A stretch of 63,748 nucleotides of DNA, taken from the NCBI GenBank assembly GCA_002633005.1, contig NMRA01000428.1, forward strand, positions 21,335 to 85,082, given 5' to 3'. A program made the position numbers and the translations under genes. The notes beneath the pieces were generated by a model. That model did no database searches and was not told where the DNA came from. It saw only the letters and a program-made list of their open reading frames with translations. This document shows positions 37,401 through 52,400 of this stretch, piece after piece (the stretch's first letter is position 1; each line of letters begins with the position of its first letter). The DNA is from Phoronis australis (taxonomy: Eukaryota; Animalia; Phoronida).

Positions 37401-40400
37401 ATGCAGATAAGGTTGGTGAACCATTGAAGGACTGCTAACAATTTCATTGGAAAATGCACTTATTTAGTGCTCATGCGTGCCCCTTGGACACACTAAATTG
37501 GTATAGTCAGTTGATGTCGAAAAAGTAAAACCTCTCATCAGATTTAGATAACTTAATTTTGTTCCCTGTAAGATTAGAGTTTGTGATTTTCAGGCATGAA
37601 ATAGCCTGACAATTTGTTAATGTTTAGTACTCATGCAGGCTCACTAAAATGCCATTACCCGACAGGTCAGTCATACACCCATCATTGTGCAGTGTTCACC
37701 ACAGCTTCTGTTTAGCATGATCCTTCATAGCAACCTGGCTAAAACAGAATGCTTATTGACATTATGGGCTTGTCGCTAGTTTGAATGAATTAATATTACT
37801 GAGGAAATGAGAACCATCCTAGTACGTGACTGTGAATCACTCTGTTTATTACGATAATTTATGGAGTGTTTTCTTGGACCCCAAGAAATTGAAGTGGACC
37901 AGTAGATCCTGGTGTTTGGAAGTATATGATGAATACTGGTTGTTACTACCAACAAGTCATATCATCTAATCATTGTTGGAACTAGTACTGTGACCTGAAT
38001 CCAGAGTTTCAAAACGTAGGTTTATACCACTTCAAAATGAGCTTTTTTCTAGATGCATCCCCAGAACGGCACCTATGAGACCATGGCAGGCAATGGTGGC
38101 GCTGTCCGCAAAAACCTCTCGATGTCACTGACTAACGGAGCCAGGTACTACTTCTCGGTGACAGCAATAAATGGAGCACGGCTATCCTCTCAACATCAGT
38201 CACCAGGTGTAGTGATAGACGTCACCCCTCCAGAAATGTTTAAGGTAAGCGTCATCTTCTAGGTTCCTTTAGCTGGCTTCATCAGGGTTCAATGCTAATA
38301 CTGTTGTAAGAACGTTATCGCCAACATGACGCTGTGTTTGTTTTAAAAAAATGAAAACTTGCAAGTGACATTAAGATTGTTTGTATTGCACACTCAACAA
38401 CTGTTTTCATAAGCCACGTTTACTTCACGCGCTATGTACAGATTAAAATCAAAGGTTACGACCTTGTCTTTTGTTAGACTGAAATTGCGACCTTTATAGG
38501 ACTACTAGCAGTATTCAACCATAATCTGCTCTGTGTGACTTTGATGCACTCATGTATTGCACTTATTTGGCGTTCAATGATGAATCTCCTGAACTTCTTG
38601 CAGGATGACCTATATGATATTTGGCAGATGTGTTTCTGTGAAGCTGATGCTGTATATTCGGACTGAACTGAATACTGCTTTGCCCCCTAGTTGCAATTTT
38701 TACATTTTCCTCTGTTTCTTTAGAGTTCTTCTTAATCCTAGAGAACTTCACAACACCTACCCACGACTTTTGAACTGCTCTCACTGGGTGCAATTCAACA
38801 CTCTTCTTTACCTAAACTTAGGAGAGGTTCTTGACAAATTTTCTTGAAATTTGGGAAATACTTTTTTATTAGAGGAATGACAACATCTTCCAGTTTCCTG
38901 ATGGTTCCACGTTTTTGTGTCATCTAATTGCCATTTTTATGATAATTGTTAAGAACCATACCATTTGCGACGCAGTTGTAAGCTCACTCCTGTGCTTTGT
39001 ATAATCTGTAAAAATGTCAGTTAGATGACAGAACATCCATCTAGTTGTCAATAAACGAATGGAGCCCAGAAATCCACCAGCCTGAGGGAAACTACAGGTT
39101 CCATCATTGTAAAGGATTTGCCTGCTGGCCATCTGAAGGCATGACTTAGATCTCAAAGTGTGGCCATGTTTGCCCTTATGGATCTGTGTCTCAGAAAGCA
39201 GGGTGATTTATGGTATTATACAGTCTTGCTGCTGTCTTGGGCTTGGAACATTACATGTTAAGGATTATTAGAGACTTTAATCTACGTATATCCTGCCGGC
39301 ATGGTTTTATGATTTATGTTTCTTGCTGTGGACACTATCTTAATACTATTATTCACATTATTAAAACCGAGACGTCTACTCGGTAGTTATATAAATAGTG
39401 ACGCGGCTTTTGTTAAAACGTGATCTCACAAGTATCATGTGTCCAACTGTTGTGTTACCCACGATGCCACAGTGATGAGGTAGCTGTTTTGGTCGAAAGT
39501 CGAAGTACGCATCGCATCTGGATAAGAATCAACAGAGGTGTTGTGTTTGCCAGCACGGACATCGACAAAATCATTGAAGTTTCCTTCACTTTTGGTTGGC
39601 TATTTCATAACAGGTTTGAACGTCTTTGTTTGAGAATCTCAATTTGGGACTAGCAACATTTCGCATACCAAAAAAATGATGTTGAAATGAATACCACAGG
39701 TGCATGTGGGTCTTGAGGAAGAGGATGAAGAGCTTGATCCTGAAAATCCTAGCAATCCTACAGTCTTACATGTTGGCTCTGAGGGACTCAATGCCTACTG
39801 GAGTGGATTTGACTATGAGAGCGGCATTACCAAGTATTACGTGGCGATTGGGACGACCTCTGGTGGCGATCAGGTGGTTGCTTGGAATGATGTGGGGCCA
39901 GAGACGACGGGACTGTTTGCTGATCTTGGATTGCAGGTACTGAATGTTTGATGTTTGAAAGAGAATCGTTACTTTTTAATATTCCTCTGGTTTAACAATG
40001 AAGCTCCAAAACTCAGAAGAAAAACACAGGAAAATAATTTTACTTGTTAAATCTTTTCAAATATTTGCTTTTTGATGAGCATTGTTTGCCTGTGGTTTCA
40101 TTATATTTAAAAACTAACAAAAGCTCCACAAAGAATCCATTGAAATTAACTGACAGTGAAAGAAACAAGACCTTGTCTCAATATTTATTGGCATGAAGTT
40201 TTGACAATTTCCACTTAGACAAGATACCATGAATTTTTAAAACTTTTTTACCTAAAATTGCCCATCGCTTCTGATTTACGTCAGAAATAAAACTGGATCA
40301 GCTTTATGAATAAATGTATCCGTTTATACCATCTGCTGGGATGTTGGTAGCACTACCTTCGGGAATTTTCAGCTTTACTAATTTCATCTTATTTTGGGTT

Positions 40401-43400
40401 TTTACAGTAATTGGACTTCGTTGATGTTCCTTTCAGATAGTTTGTACTATATGGTGGGCTGTTACTAGCACCACCTTTTGCTTGAATCTCAAACTAATAT
40501 TCTCATTTTTTCCCACAAAAATTTATTTTTCCTTCATTGAATTCTTAGCACTGTTGAACACCCAACTTTGATGGTATTGAAATGATGGCGTCGCCTGGTT
40601 TTGCCTGAATCTGCAAAAGAATGACACTTCCACTGTTGTCTGAAAAGAAATGAAGATTATATTCTGATAAAAATCAAATTAAAACAGTTTTGATCTTAAT
40701 AATAAAATTTTATTTGTGGTGTCATCCAGCCATTCAGCACTAGTGGTCTCTACTACTACATCAGTGTAAAGTGTGTGAACGGCGCTGGTGATGAATCCAG
40801 CGTTATGACGTCCAATAGGATAAAAGTCCTGGCTGGCAATGAGCCTGGAGTGGTGTTTGATGGACGGGTCAAATATGAGGATGCCAGCTGGCAGGACGAT
40901 GTCACTTCTGTGGCCATGTCCTTCAAGGGATTCAAGTCTGAAGCCTGTGGTATTATAGGTAGGACCGTTTGCCATGAGTGATAATTGTTTTGAATTCTCT
41001 AAAGACACTATGTTAACACTTTACAAACTGTGCAAAGCAAATTAACCTCACTTCTTAATTTTCCTTGTACTCTGAATGCAATGACTTGTAGTGTACCTAA
41101 TGGGGTCTACTCCAAAAAGAAAGTCGTCTGTTGTAAAATCATAACTGACATTGATAATACCTGTATTTTCTGTAGATAAGCCCATGGGCTTGTACTGGGA
41201 AAAGGAAAAATTTCAGACGTTTCTGTAACACCAAATAAACGCCTGGGTGTTTATTCAGAAGAGAGGGGGGGCATGCAAACGGAAAGTCTTATTAAGTTCC
41301 CTGACTTTGACATTTTTTACTTTGAAATGAGTTTTTAAATTTTACTTTTAGTAAGTGCATGATTTGCCAGCACTTTGTTCGTTTTTTTATGACAAGTTCT
41401 CTACAAAACTGAACTTGTGTCTAAACGTTGAGGCTTAGCGGACTTTAAAGAGGAACTGTTCTGAATAAGTGTCCCGCTATCTGGGCACTTGACACCAGAA
41501 TTTGTAACACCAAACGCCCATGAGCATCTCATTGGTGGGCTTATCTACGGAAAACCCCAGTATCAGCGAATGTCAGTGATGTTTCGCCATTATATTACCA
41601 TTAAAACAATTGTCTTTGGTATTTCACTGCAATAACTTTGTTTCTTTGCTGGTGTCGGCCTTTGACTCAAACCATTAAATAATTGTTTTTATTGTGTTTG
41701 TCATCATTTCAGGTTATGACTGGGGTATTGGTAGTCAGGCGGGCTACACAGACCTTCAGCCATTCATGATGGAGGGTATTGTGATGGATGTTAACAATAC
41801 TGGCTATGCACAGGCTAATCTTCACTTGACTAAGGAAAAGGTAATATATTGCTGGTGGAATGTATTTGAATAAATCTCAACAATTTGTAAGATGCAATAT
41901 AGGGAAGAAGTGATTTGTCTTCCTATTTTATGCCTTGGCTATGCCTTGAGCTGGGGAACTGTTGCATGGCCTTGAGTAACAGTGAACTGCTGAGATGTTC
42001 TCTAGGCATGGCCTTGAGTAATAATGAAGTGATGAGAACTTCCCAATTTTAGTATTCATGTCTAATCAGAATAGGCAATAAGGTGAGGCCACTTGTATAA
42101 TATGGTTTGTGGCATTGCTCCTGCTGTAGGCTAAGTGGCTGTAGGTGGGTGTCATTCCAGCCGTTTTGCCATGCAGGGAAATAATTATGTTTTGTGCTCA
42201 GCTCCTGTACTTTAAACTGGATGTCAATCAAACTTTCAAACAATCTGCACTGTCTTACAAAGTGCCATAGCTCCTATCATTGGCGTTCTGTGATTCTAAT
42301 GTGTTTCTTTGAAATAAAGCTAGTTTCTTTACTTTCACGCATGCATCCAGGGAAATGTGATCCATCAGCGTCTGTCACTGCCTCGTTGACAGAATGCATT
42401 ACAACTATGCAATAGGTGTGTCTGTTGGCTTAAGACTTGTGAAAGAATAAGCAAGCAAATTTAAGTAAACGAGGTTTGTTGTTGCATGGTGCAACTGTTC
42501 AGGACCTTTGTTTCAATTATTGACAATGTTGTGCCCTCTTCAGACTATCATCGGTGTTCTTCCGTGAATGATTTAGTAGTGACATTAATTTCTTCTTGGA
42601 CAGGCTTTTGTGACTGTGCGAGCCATCACGGGTCACAACTGTCACGAAGATATTATCGTATCTGAGTCTGATGGCGTGAAGCTGGATTCAGCACCCCCTA
42701 CTTTGGAACTGAAGGAGTTTGGTACCGTGGTCAACTTCAGTGACCCGCATCGTGTAATCTATGAGTCTAAAGAAGCAGACATGTTGAGTTTCCATTGGAA
42801 CAGCACCGATTATGGTAAATTGTCTGTTGTGGAAATGTGGCTCAATTGTTGTTTAATTTTTATAGCTTCCATGGAGTTATGGCTAAACAAAATGAAAATT
42901 GGTGCCTGCAAAATCGACTATAATTTTGAATTATTTTTAAAAAATTAATTTACCCTTTCTAGCCATGTTTAATGGTTGCAAATGCCTTGTCTGCTGTGCT
43001 TTGCATTTTTTTAAAGTCACTCGCAATTCCGTGCAGAATGTCTCAAACATTTTCAGTTCATCTCAAACTAAACGTTTTACTAAATGCAAAAAACCCTCTT
43101 TTGGTATTTTGCATAAAAGAGCTACTCTTTATGCACTCTGGTAGGTGTCGCTAGTTGTCAATGCTTGTTGTTACTATACTGTGCAGGAGTTGGAAATAAG
43201 ACCATGTACTACCGTGTTGGCCGTCTGCCAGGGGCGGGCGACCTGAAAGACTGGACGGCCACGGAGGAGTACCATATGCCCCTAGGCACTGTCAGACTAG
43301 GGCAAGGAGAGCTGGTAAGAATACCAGAGCGTGATTTTTGATAATTTTCGTTAGTGGTGGACCTTACCAAGTACTTTGTGTGTACAAAAAAATTAAAGAA

Positions 43401-46400
43401 AAAATTTGTGTCCCTAAGGTTTCGTTTTTGTTTGACTCAATGGAAAGTTATCTGTAGGGCAGCACCTGGACATGGTTCAAGTTGCACTTATGTGGCCTTG
43501 TTAAAGAACAAAGAAAACTGATAACTTTGCATGTTATGCAATGGAATTGCAGGAAAGTGCTGACAGATGGAGGTATGAAAGGAGTTGTACCTCTTCATCT
43601 GTTTGATGTGTTACTTTTGGTTTGACTTTTCTCTACACAGTGAGAGATATACCTCCCCACAAGTCTCGGGATAAACAATGTGGCCAGGGGATCCAGTGAG
43701 AAGCGCCTCTGGTGGTGTTAGGATAAACAAAGTGGCCACGGGGTCCTGCGGGATTTGTGGCTTTTGTTACCCCTGGAATCGGATTTTTCTTTTTCAATAT
43801 TTTTCCAAATAAGCTGGACGGAGTGGAACAGAACACTCACTGCCATGAAAACAATCCTGCATTGACACCGTCACTAGGCAACTCGACCGGTTTGCGTGTT
43901 CGCCATGGTGATCAAAAACAACATGCAGTTGTAGGCAATTACATGACCGCTGGACCCCACAAGGTGCTGGTGTTATCGGTCTCTAGGTAATCAGACCCAT
44001 CATAAACACACTGGAGGTGACAGCAATTTTACTTTTTTCTTTTGGAAGTTTTGAAAGTATCTTACATTTGGATTAGGTTTTTGAATTTTGAAAATGGGAC
44101 AGGAATTGTTTAATATTTTAATTTATAACCTAAAAATTTTGAACAAATTTGCCAGTTTTTGCTTCATTAGTTGTGCAACATAATTTGGCCAATTGCCAAC
44201 TAAGCAGGTAGCAGCTTGATTTTGAGGTGGGTCAAATGTCGCAATACAAATTTTAGCACATTCTAATCTGCCAAATTTATACAAACGTCTTATTGCAATT
44301 ATTTGATGTTTAATAAAACTATTGTTACATCAAGATCTTGTAGCATTTTTGTGAGCGTAGTCACTATTTGTTCATTTCGTGAATGGACTTGCTCAGCAGG
44401 TTGTCACAATTTTGACAAAGTGTGCAGAGCAACACCTGTCGTGATTTTGTCAAGATTCAACTAGAATTGAGATGGGTTCTAAATGAAAAAAGGGACAATT
44501 AAGTAAGTTTGTGCTTTTGAATCAAATTTTATTGTCGAGTTTACTGTGAAATATATAAGTGACTGTACTTTAAATTAAATTTGATAATTATTTTCAGGGG
44601 TCTTGCATTTTCAGAACCAGTTTACACTACTGATTAATCTAATGAAATTTGTATTTCACGCCACTTCCCTCACGGAAAATCTGCTCTGGGTTATCTTGTA
44701 AACTTTATGTAACATGTGGGCCAAGGCCTTACATGAATGAATAATGGACAACAAACTGATTCTCAAAATCTGAGACCTCTTTAAGTGGCTGTTGACATAC
44801 TTCCTTAAAGTTTGTGTTAGTGACTTGCTTTAGGCAGCAAGTATGGAGACCATAGGAATTGCCTCTCGAATTAGTTGCCATTGTTTCGCAAAATCTCTTG
44901 CCGACATTTACGTGTTCGTTTCATTTTCAGGTCTTTGCTGAGGTCATGTCTGTGGATCAATTTGGAAATAGCATCAAGAAGTCGACACCAGGTATCACCG
45001 TGGACGTGACGCCACCTTTTGTAGAGAACTATCGCTGCTATCCGTACGTCTCTACCACCAATCTGGGATTTGATTGCAGCTGGAATATTGCCAGTGACAA
45101 CGAGAGCTCCGTAACTTGTAAGTGGCTTGGCATTCAAACTGCACGCATGTCCAGAGTGAAATTACGCAACTGTGTTCATTGCCCTTTAAAATCACATGCA
45201 ACCAAGGCAAGAGAGTACGATAGACTCAGTTCTACATTGTATTGCTGATATCATACGATAGACTCAGTTCTACATTGTATTGCTGATATCATACGATAGA
45301 CTCAGTTCTACATTGTATTGCTGATATCATGTTAATGAAATAGTACAGAATGATGTTCTGCTTTAATGATAACGTCCTGTGCTTCACCATCTTTGAAAAC
45401 ATAATTCTGATTTATGTTTTTGGTGGTGTCCTAAGTGTTGGTGTTTCGATACGGCCAGTTTGCTATCGAGTGGAGCTCATTGGTTGGTTCAACAGTATGA
45501 TTTTCTGCAGCTATTATAGAAGTTTGAAGTTTGGAATCTTGTATTGAAATGGTTAGGATGCGTGGGATTTAAAGGCATTTTTACGCCATTTTGAGCGACC
45601 ATTTGTAAAATTATCACTTTTCGCTGTTTAATATGTTTTTAAGACATGGCCATTGCTGTTGGCACTTCTCACAACAGTACAGACATGATAGACTGGTATG
45701 TGCTGCCCCCTTACCGCCGAACCTGGAAGTACCATTTCCTGGAGAAAAACTTGACTGCAGGTGTCAAGTACTTCGCCACTCTTCACGTGAAGAACCGCGT
45801 TGGCCATGACCTCTCAGTGTCGGATGAGGTGGTTTATGTCATTGAGCCACCAACACCCGGTCAGGTAACTTAGAAGACCCAAGATATTATATGTTAGAAG
45901 TCTAGCTCTTAATTATTTAAACAATGTTTTCTCCGTAATTTTGAAATGTGCCTTAATGGTATTTTGAAATTTTAGTTTGTGATTAACATCTGAAGTTGGC
46001 TGAAAGAAAGTTATTCCGAAATTTTGCTTGATATGCTCTTAACAATTATTGTTGCTTTGAATAGTTGCATGCATGATTTTCAGTTCAAATAAGGTTGGTA
46101 GAGCACAAACACAGCAAGCACTGTTTGAATTATTTTTGATGGTTAAGTAATATATTCTCATTCAGGTCAAAATTGTTACTCCATCCAAGTTCCCACTATC
46201 GCCCAAGCCACCTGACGTTGTATGCCAAATTTCACAAACTTTTGTTGACCTTGAGTGGGACGCGTTTACTGACGGTACCTTGCTTGACAGGTAAGTATGT
46301 TACTGACATGTTTTGCACATACATGCTTGTTCTATGTGTAGTTCTTGGTTGAAAGTGCAGTGTACGCGCCCTTGATAGGTGTGTCACTGACATGTTTTAC

Positions 46401-49400
46401 ACAGTTGTGCTGTGTGTAGTTCTTGGTTGAAAGTGCAGTGTACGCCCACTTGACAGGTGTGTTACTGACATGTTTTGCACATGCTTGGTCTGTGTGTAGT
46501 TCTTGGTTGAAAGCGCAGTGTACGCCCACTTGACAGGTGTGTTACTGACATGTTATGCACATGCTTGGTCTGTGTGTAGTTCTTGGTTGAAAGCGCATGT
46601 CTGCCATGTTTTCAAGCAAAGACTATGCTCCTGACACCAGCAGAATTTTCTGAAGTATCAACTCATTGGCCAATCACATTGTGTGGAATTTGAAGGTTCA
46701 ATAGATGTTATCAAGAAAGTGTCATTTTGTATAAATATTAATTCTACCATACTTTTGAAATTGTATCAGATATTGAGACAAAAGGAAAGGTGATATATGC
46801 CTTAAGTTTGCCTTGTGTTTTCCGTCTAGGTATGAGATAGCTTTGGGCACTGCTCAGTCATCAACTTCCATTGTACAGTTCAAGTCTGTTGGTCTAGTGA
46901 CCTCCTACACGATCACAGGACTTAATTTAGCAGCTGGTAAGGAGTTTAAGGTATTTTTGAAGTTTCAGGGCTCAGGGAATTTTCAAACTCCAATCTACAG
47001 TTTATAGTTTTTAAGAAAATAGATGTTAAAATTCATCTGCCTTTGTCAATGTTATGGCTAAAGCCCACTTGATTATTTGAAAATTAACAGAAAACGTTTA
47101 CTTCAAAATGTCACCTATTTCCAACGAGAAGAATCCCAGACCGTTTGCTACACTGCACCTAATAGTATGTAACTATTTTGGGGCTGTCATATGGTGTCAT
47201 GATGGTACTATAAATGTTAATATTTTTGGCAAAATCCCTGCTGTGTTTTGTGGCATTTACTATATGTTTGTTGGAAGAATAGTATTTGGAAACTATNGAT
47301 GTCAAAACAGACACTATGGTCACCCTGACAAACCTGTCACTACAACACAATACATATTACTATCCCATTGTGAAAGCCATCAACGAGGCAGACCATTGCT
47401 ACACAGAGGTTGGAGACCCTGTACTGATTGACTTGACAGAACCAGTCTTGGGTGAAATTGATATTGGCAACATCTACAACAGGGCAGTTTTCTTCTCCAC
47501 AAAGGAAAACTTGCTTGTCAAATGGCGTGGCTGGCGTGATGATGAGTCAGGCATAGACTTCTATAACGTCTTCTTAACACGGGACACTTGTGACCACAAA
47601 ACCCTTGTAGCCTCCAACCTGGTTCCTCTGTTTACATCCACAAGAATTGCTGCCAACGAAACCAGCATTTTTTTCCAGCCAGTTGACCTGCAACTCAACA
47701 CGGTCCACTATGTTCTGCTGAGAGCTACAAACAAGGCCAGAATGCAGTCTGAGTTTGTGGCGACCTTCCCTGGATTTCTGGATGACACTGCTCCAGGTAT
47801 AAAAATGCGTAACTTGTTCTGTCTATTGTTATGTTTTGGTCGCAGATGACTGCACTGAGTCACTGTCTATTGGTTTTGATTATCTCAGAGTCTACATTAC
47901 CTTATGTCTGTTGATTGAGTGACAGAGTTCAAATATATGTTGAATGGCCAATAATATCCCTTAATTAACGCAGTCAATAGAATTGGTCACAATTTATTCC
48001 TTGCTCGGACGAGAAGTGATTTTTGGGTTTGTCAACAGTTTATTTTAGCCGATATGCATGCTTGACACATAAAATGACCCACCGTGACAAGCCAACCTAC
48101 AGATCCCAATCTCAAGCAATAACGGACTGTCAGTTTCGAAGCACTGAAATCACACGTCATGCAGTTTGATTAACAAAAGGAACAATTTGAGACCTATTTC
48201 ATAAGTGGAGTTATTCTTAAGTTAAGGAAGGCGGGTTTATGGACTAATTGAAAATTGATTTGCGACATGGGAACATCAACTTTGCCATTAACTGCCATTA
48301 ATTGACACTCACTGCTTTGCAGGCATTGGTACAATTGTTGATGGCGATAACTGGTACAAGGACGTTATTTACACTTCATCTGTGAATGAGCTGGTGGTTA
48401 CCATGGCAGTTGCCAATTACAAGGAGCAGGTAATACTATGTTGATCTGTGTTGTGGACAGTAAAAGTTGAGGTTTTGCAAATTTAGTTGTTTCCAGGATT
48501 TCCAGCATCTGTGTCATTGTTTGTGCTCCAGACTTCTTCCGTGACAGGAAAATTTATAAATTCTAATTTGTTTGTTTGAGGCATGGTATATACATACTGA
48601 TAATCTCATTTTATTGACTATTAAAGCTTGTCAGTGTGTCTTAGTTTTCATAACCAAGTTTAGTGTAATTTGACCTCTCACCTCTGGAGATTTATAATCT
48701 AGTAGTTAGTTTCGTGCCAATCTGGTGAAATCTGCACGCAAAACCGTGGTTCTGTGAGTGGAAGGCTTGTGTTTCTTAAGTATATTAGAGTAGACTAGCA
48801 AAATGGCTGCCACTGAAATGATTGGCTGATAAGGCTATACTGTTGAATTTTGGATGATGGAAGAGGATTTTGCAGTTTTCTCTCCAAAGGTGACGATTTC
48901 TTGTCACAAATTTCTTGTGCTACATAACCGAGTGCAGTGCTGATCAAGCACAGGTCAAAAGTAAGGCTGATGTGGTATCGCTAGGCCCAGAACATTTGGG
49001 CTGTTCTAATGTAGTTAGTTAAGTATATATCTGTTCTGGTGTCCAGCAATATAAGACCACTCATTACAATGAGTGCATTTCAATCTGCATTCATTTGTCT
49101 TTCCAGCTAAAAACGCATGAGAATCAGGATGTTATATGGAAATTTAGCACTAGGAACCTTGTTAGCCCCACCTGGTGGTGATATTTTGAGATCATCTATC
49201 TTCTAGAAGCTATCTGTAATTTCTTGATTGCATCAGAAAATTTATCAAAATCTTAATGTCTGTCTCAGCTGGACTGTCCTAATAGTAAAGCACTAGATGT
49301 CGCCTCATGGAAGCCTCTCATTGGTCGAGAACAGTTCGAAGTGGATGGAGACCCTCGCACACTGGCGTTTTTGTACGTTGCGGACAACGCTCTGCCGTTG

Positions 49401-52400
49401 GATACAAATGTCAAATCAAAAGTTCTAAAGTGTCAACAAGACAACAAAAAGAATTTCATGAAGTGTGCAGGTTCGTCAACATTACTAATTAAATGAATGG
49501 TCTTTGCTTCCATCCCTTCTTTGTCACTGAATAGAATTATGTGTGACTTGTATTTAATTTAAAGAAAACCCAAACAAAAATTGTCTTAGTATGTTGTTAT
49601 CCTTCTGAACTACTATTAACAGTTAACTTTGTAGTAGAAATCAGTTGTAAGAATCTGTATTAACATAACTTTAATGCTTTTCTAAATTCTCTCATTGAGA
49701 ATATATAAATCAAATGGATTAGGCTTTGGATTAAGAATATTAAATAAAACAGTCTACAGACTTGAATACTCTAACTTGCTACTGTTTTAGGCATCTATGG
49801 AGAGACAGAAACGATCATTGAGGGCAAGTACAGCGTCACCATGCAGATTGCTGCCGGTGACAAGGTGATGACAACCTTCGCCATGACGGAGGAAATTCTT
49901 GATGAGCCTGATGTGGGCGTGGCACCAACAGTCGAGGATGAGAAGACAGGAGCAGAAATTCTGGCAGAGGGCGCTCCTTATGTTCCCCCGACATTACCAC
50001 CGAAGCAAACGACTGTGAGTGTTGGTCAATGAAAATCATTGCCCAGTTCATGTTTCACCCTGTGTTGTCATATGGTTAATATGTGGTCTCCATGGCTACA
50101 ACTCTTGCCAAAAATGAGCGGGCAAAGTACCGGTTTCCCATCACCACTGTTATGATTATTTTCAGTGAAATTCTATGAAGAATATAATAGCATTATTTTA
50201 CACTTTGCTCGACTTTCTGTTAATTTTGATGGCTACTATGGTGGTGGATATGTATGGAAACCATGGCGATAAAAAGAGCAAGGTTATGGGATTGCAGCAT
50301 TGTTGATTTCTCTGTTATTTTAAAACTGATGAATGTGTATAACCTTGCAGTCAGTGAAACACACACGGATGACTTTTTTGTGTATATATAACCATTCAGT
50401 TTTGTTCCCATATTACGTCGCTCTGTGCGTATGCCTTGATACATTCCTTAAAAGAATTTCTGTCCAGTATAACATTGCGTATCGAGTATAGCATAACTGG
50501 TAACATATCGATTTTTCAACGCTACACGTAGATATGTCATGAACATTTATTTCACTTTCTATCTGACGAAGCACTCCGTTATAGGAATGCAAAGTCACAT
50601 TTTTGGATCTTTTATACGATTTGATGCATTCATGTGTTATTAGCTTTAGAAGTAGCGTTATTTGTTGCTGAATGCAAGAGCAAAGCATGTTCATTCACGA
50701 ACAGTTTTTAAAACTGTTTAAAGATATCTTAAAGTGCTCCACAAATATCATTTGTAAAGCATGCCCAATCTGTAGCAAGTGCCACGTACCACTGTACTTG
50801 AATCAGGTAACATGAGAAACATTGGCCGTTTAAACTTGAGTAAACTAGCATACTTCTTACATTCACTTCATTATTACAGACGTCTGTGTTTGTAATGAAG
50901 ACAGCTGAGTCATTATTTGTAGTGGTAATTTCATCATCCGAATCCAATTGTGCCTAGTTGTCACAACCAGGAATCCTGGGTCATCATGTCCAATTTGTTT
51001 GAGCGTGTATTATACCTTCAATGTCTTTTACCTTCTGCTTCTGTGTTGTAAAGACAATTGTTTACCACTACAGCTAGTGTTGCATTTATGCACCAGGTGG
51101 CTTCATGGTTGGAGAGACCTCAGCTAGTCATTGTTTTGGTTTTGATTTAATTCAAGCACTGGATATTGGAAATCAATGTTAACATAATACAAAGCTGACT
51201 GTAATAAGCCTTTCAGGCCAGTCACACAGAAAGCAAGTTACTTATCACAATAGATGGCGTTGTTTTCATTACAGGGTCCTCCTTGTAACTGCTCCACTAC
51301 CACCGCTGTACCCACTACGACCATTGTCATGGAAACAACCACGGTAGCAGCTGTCAAAACTACTGGCAACAGTTCAAGTAATGGAACCTCAGCACCAGTC
51401 CGCTCATCAGTGCCTAATTACAAGAGTGGATTTGGCTTGACCTTCTTTGGTGAGATTCAGAGACCAAGTTGTTGTTGAACAATTTTAAAAGTTATATGAA
51501 CGCTTTTATGTTTAGCACACAATGTCATGCACATTGGGATTGCTTTGTATCAATCGATCTTTAAGTTTAAAGTAAACGTTTAGGCAATGTTGATTTTACC
51601 ACAACCTTGAGCTGTACTGAATATCTGTCACAAAGCTAAAATTTAGTAAAATTTTGTGCTTACAATGGAGAAAATTAAGATACATGTTAGCATCTTTTGA
51701 AAACTAGAAAAGTTAATTGCTTAATAATATTTTGATATCATATTTTAATGGGTGAAGGTACAAAGCTTGTTGAATTGTCCGTTCTGCCTACCCGCTTTTT
51801 TATAGTATATTGAATGTTAGACTGTGTTATCATGCAAACATGGCCACTGTATCTATGCTGAAGTGTCAGTCCAAACATGGCCACTGTATCCATGCTGAAG
51901 TGTCAGTCCAAACATGGCCTGTATCCATGCTGAAGTGTCAGTCCAAACATGGCCACTGTATCTATGCTGAAGTGTCAGTCCAAAACCAGTTAAAGCTGCT
52001 GCACATTCCACTTTCTATAGAAGGAACAAAGTTTTGACTCAATTAGCTGCTTGTCTATATAAAACTGGTCAGAGTTAGGACAATTAGTGATACCTGGGCT
52101 TGGAATGAACTCTGCTATTGCATGAGACGGGCTCATAAAGTAAGCTAGCTGCCTTGACCAATCCTATTGTTAAGCCTTAAGTCTCGAGCAATACATCCAA
52201 CTGTCAGGTCTTTTCACATCCAGAAATCACCTCTAGTTTGAGTAATGGAACATGCCGGGACCAATATCCTACATGGTTAATGGTTAAAGTCAAAAGTAGG
52301 TTTTTAAAGGGAAGTTAGTGTTTATTGCTATTCTGGCAAAACACACAAGTTATATTAAGTACCCTAAATTCAGTTTATCTCTGTCCAAAGTGTGTTTCCA

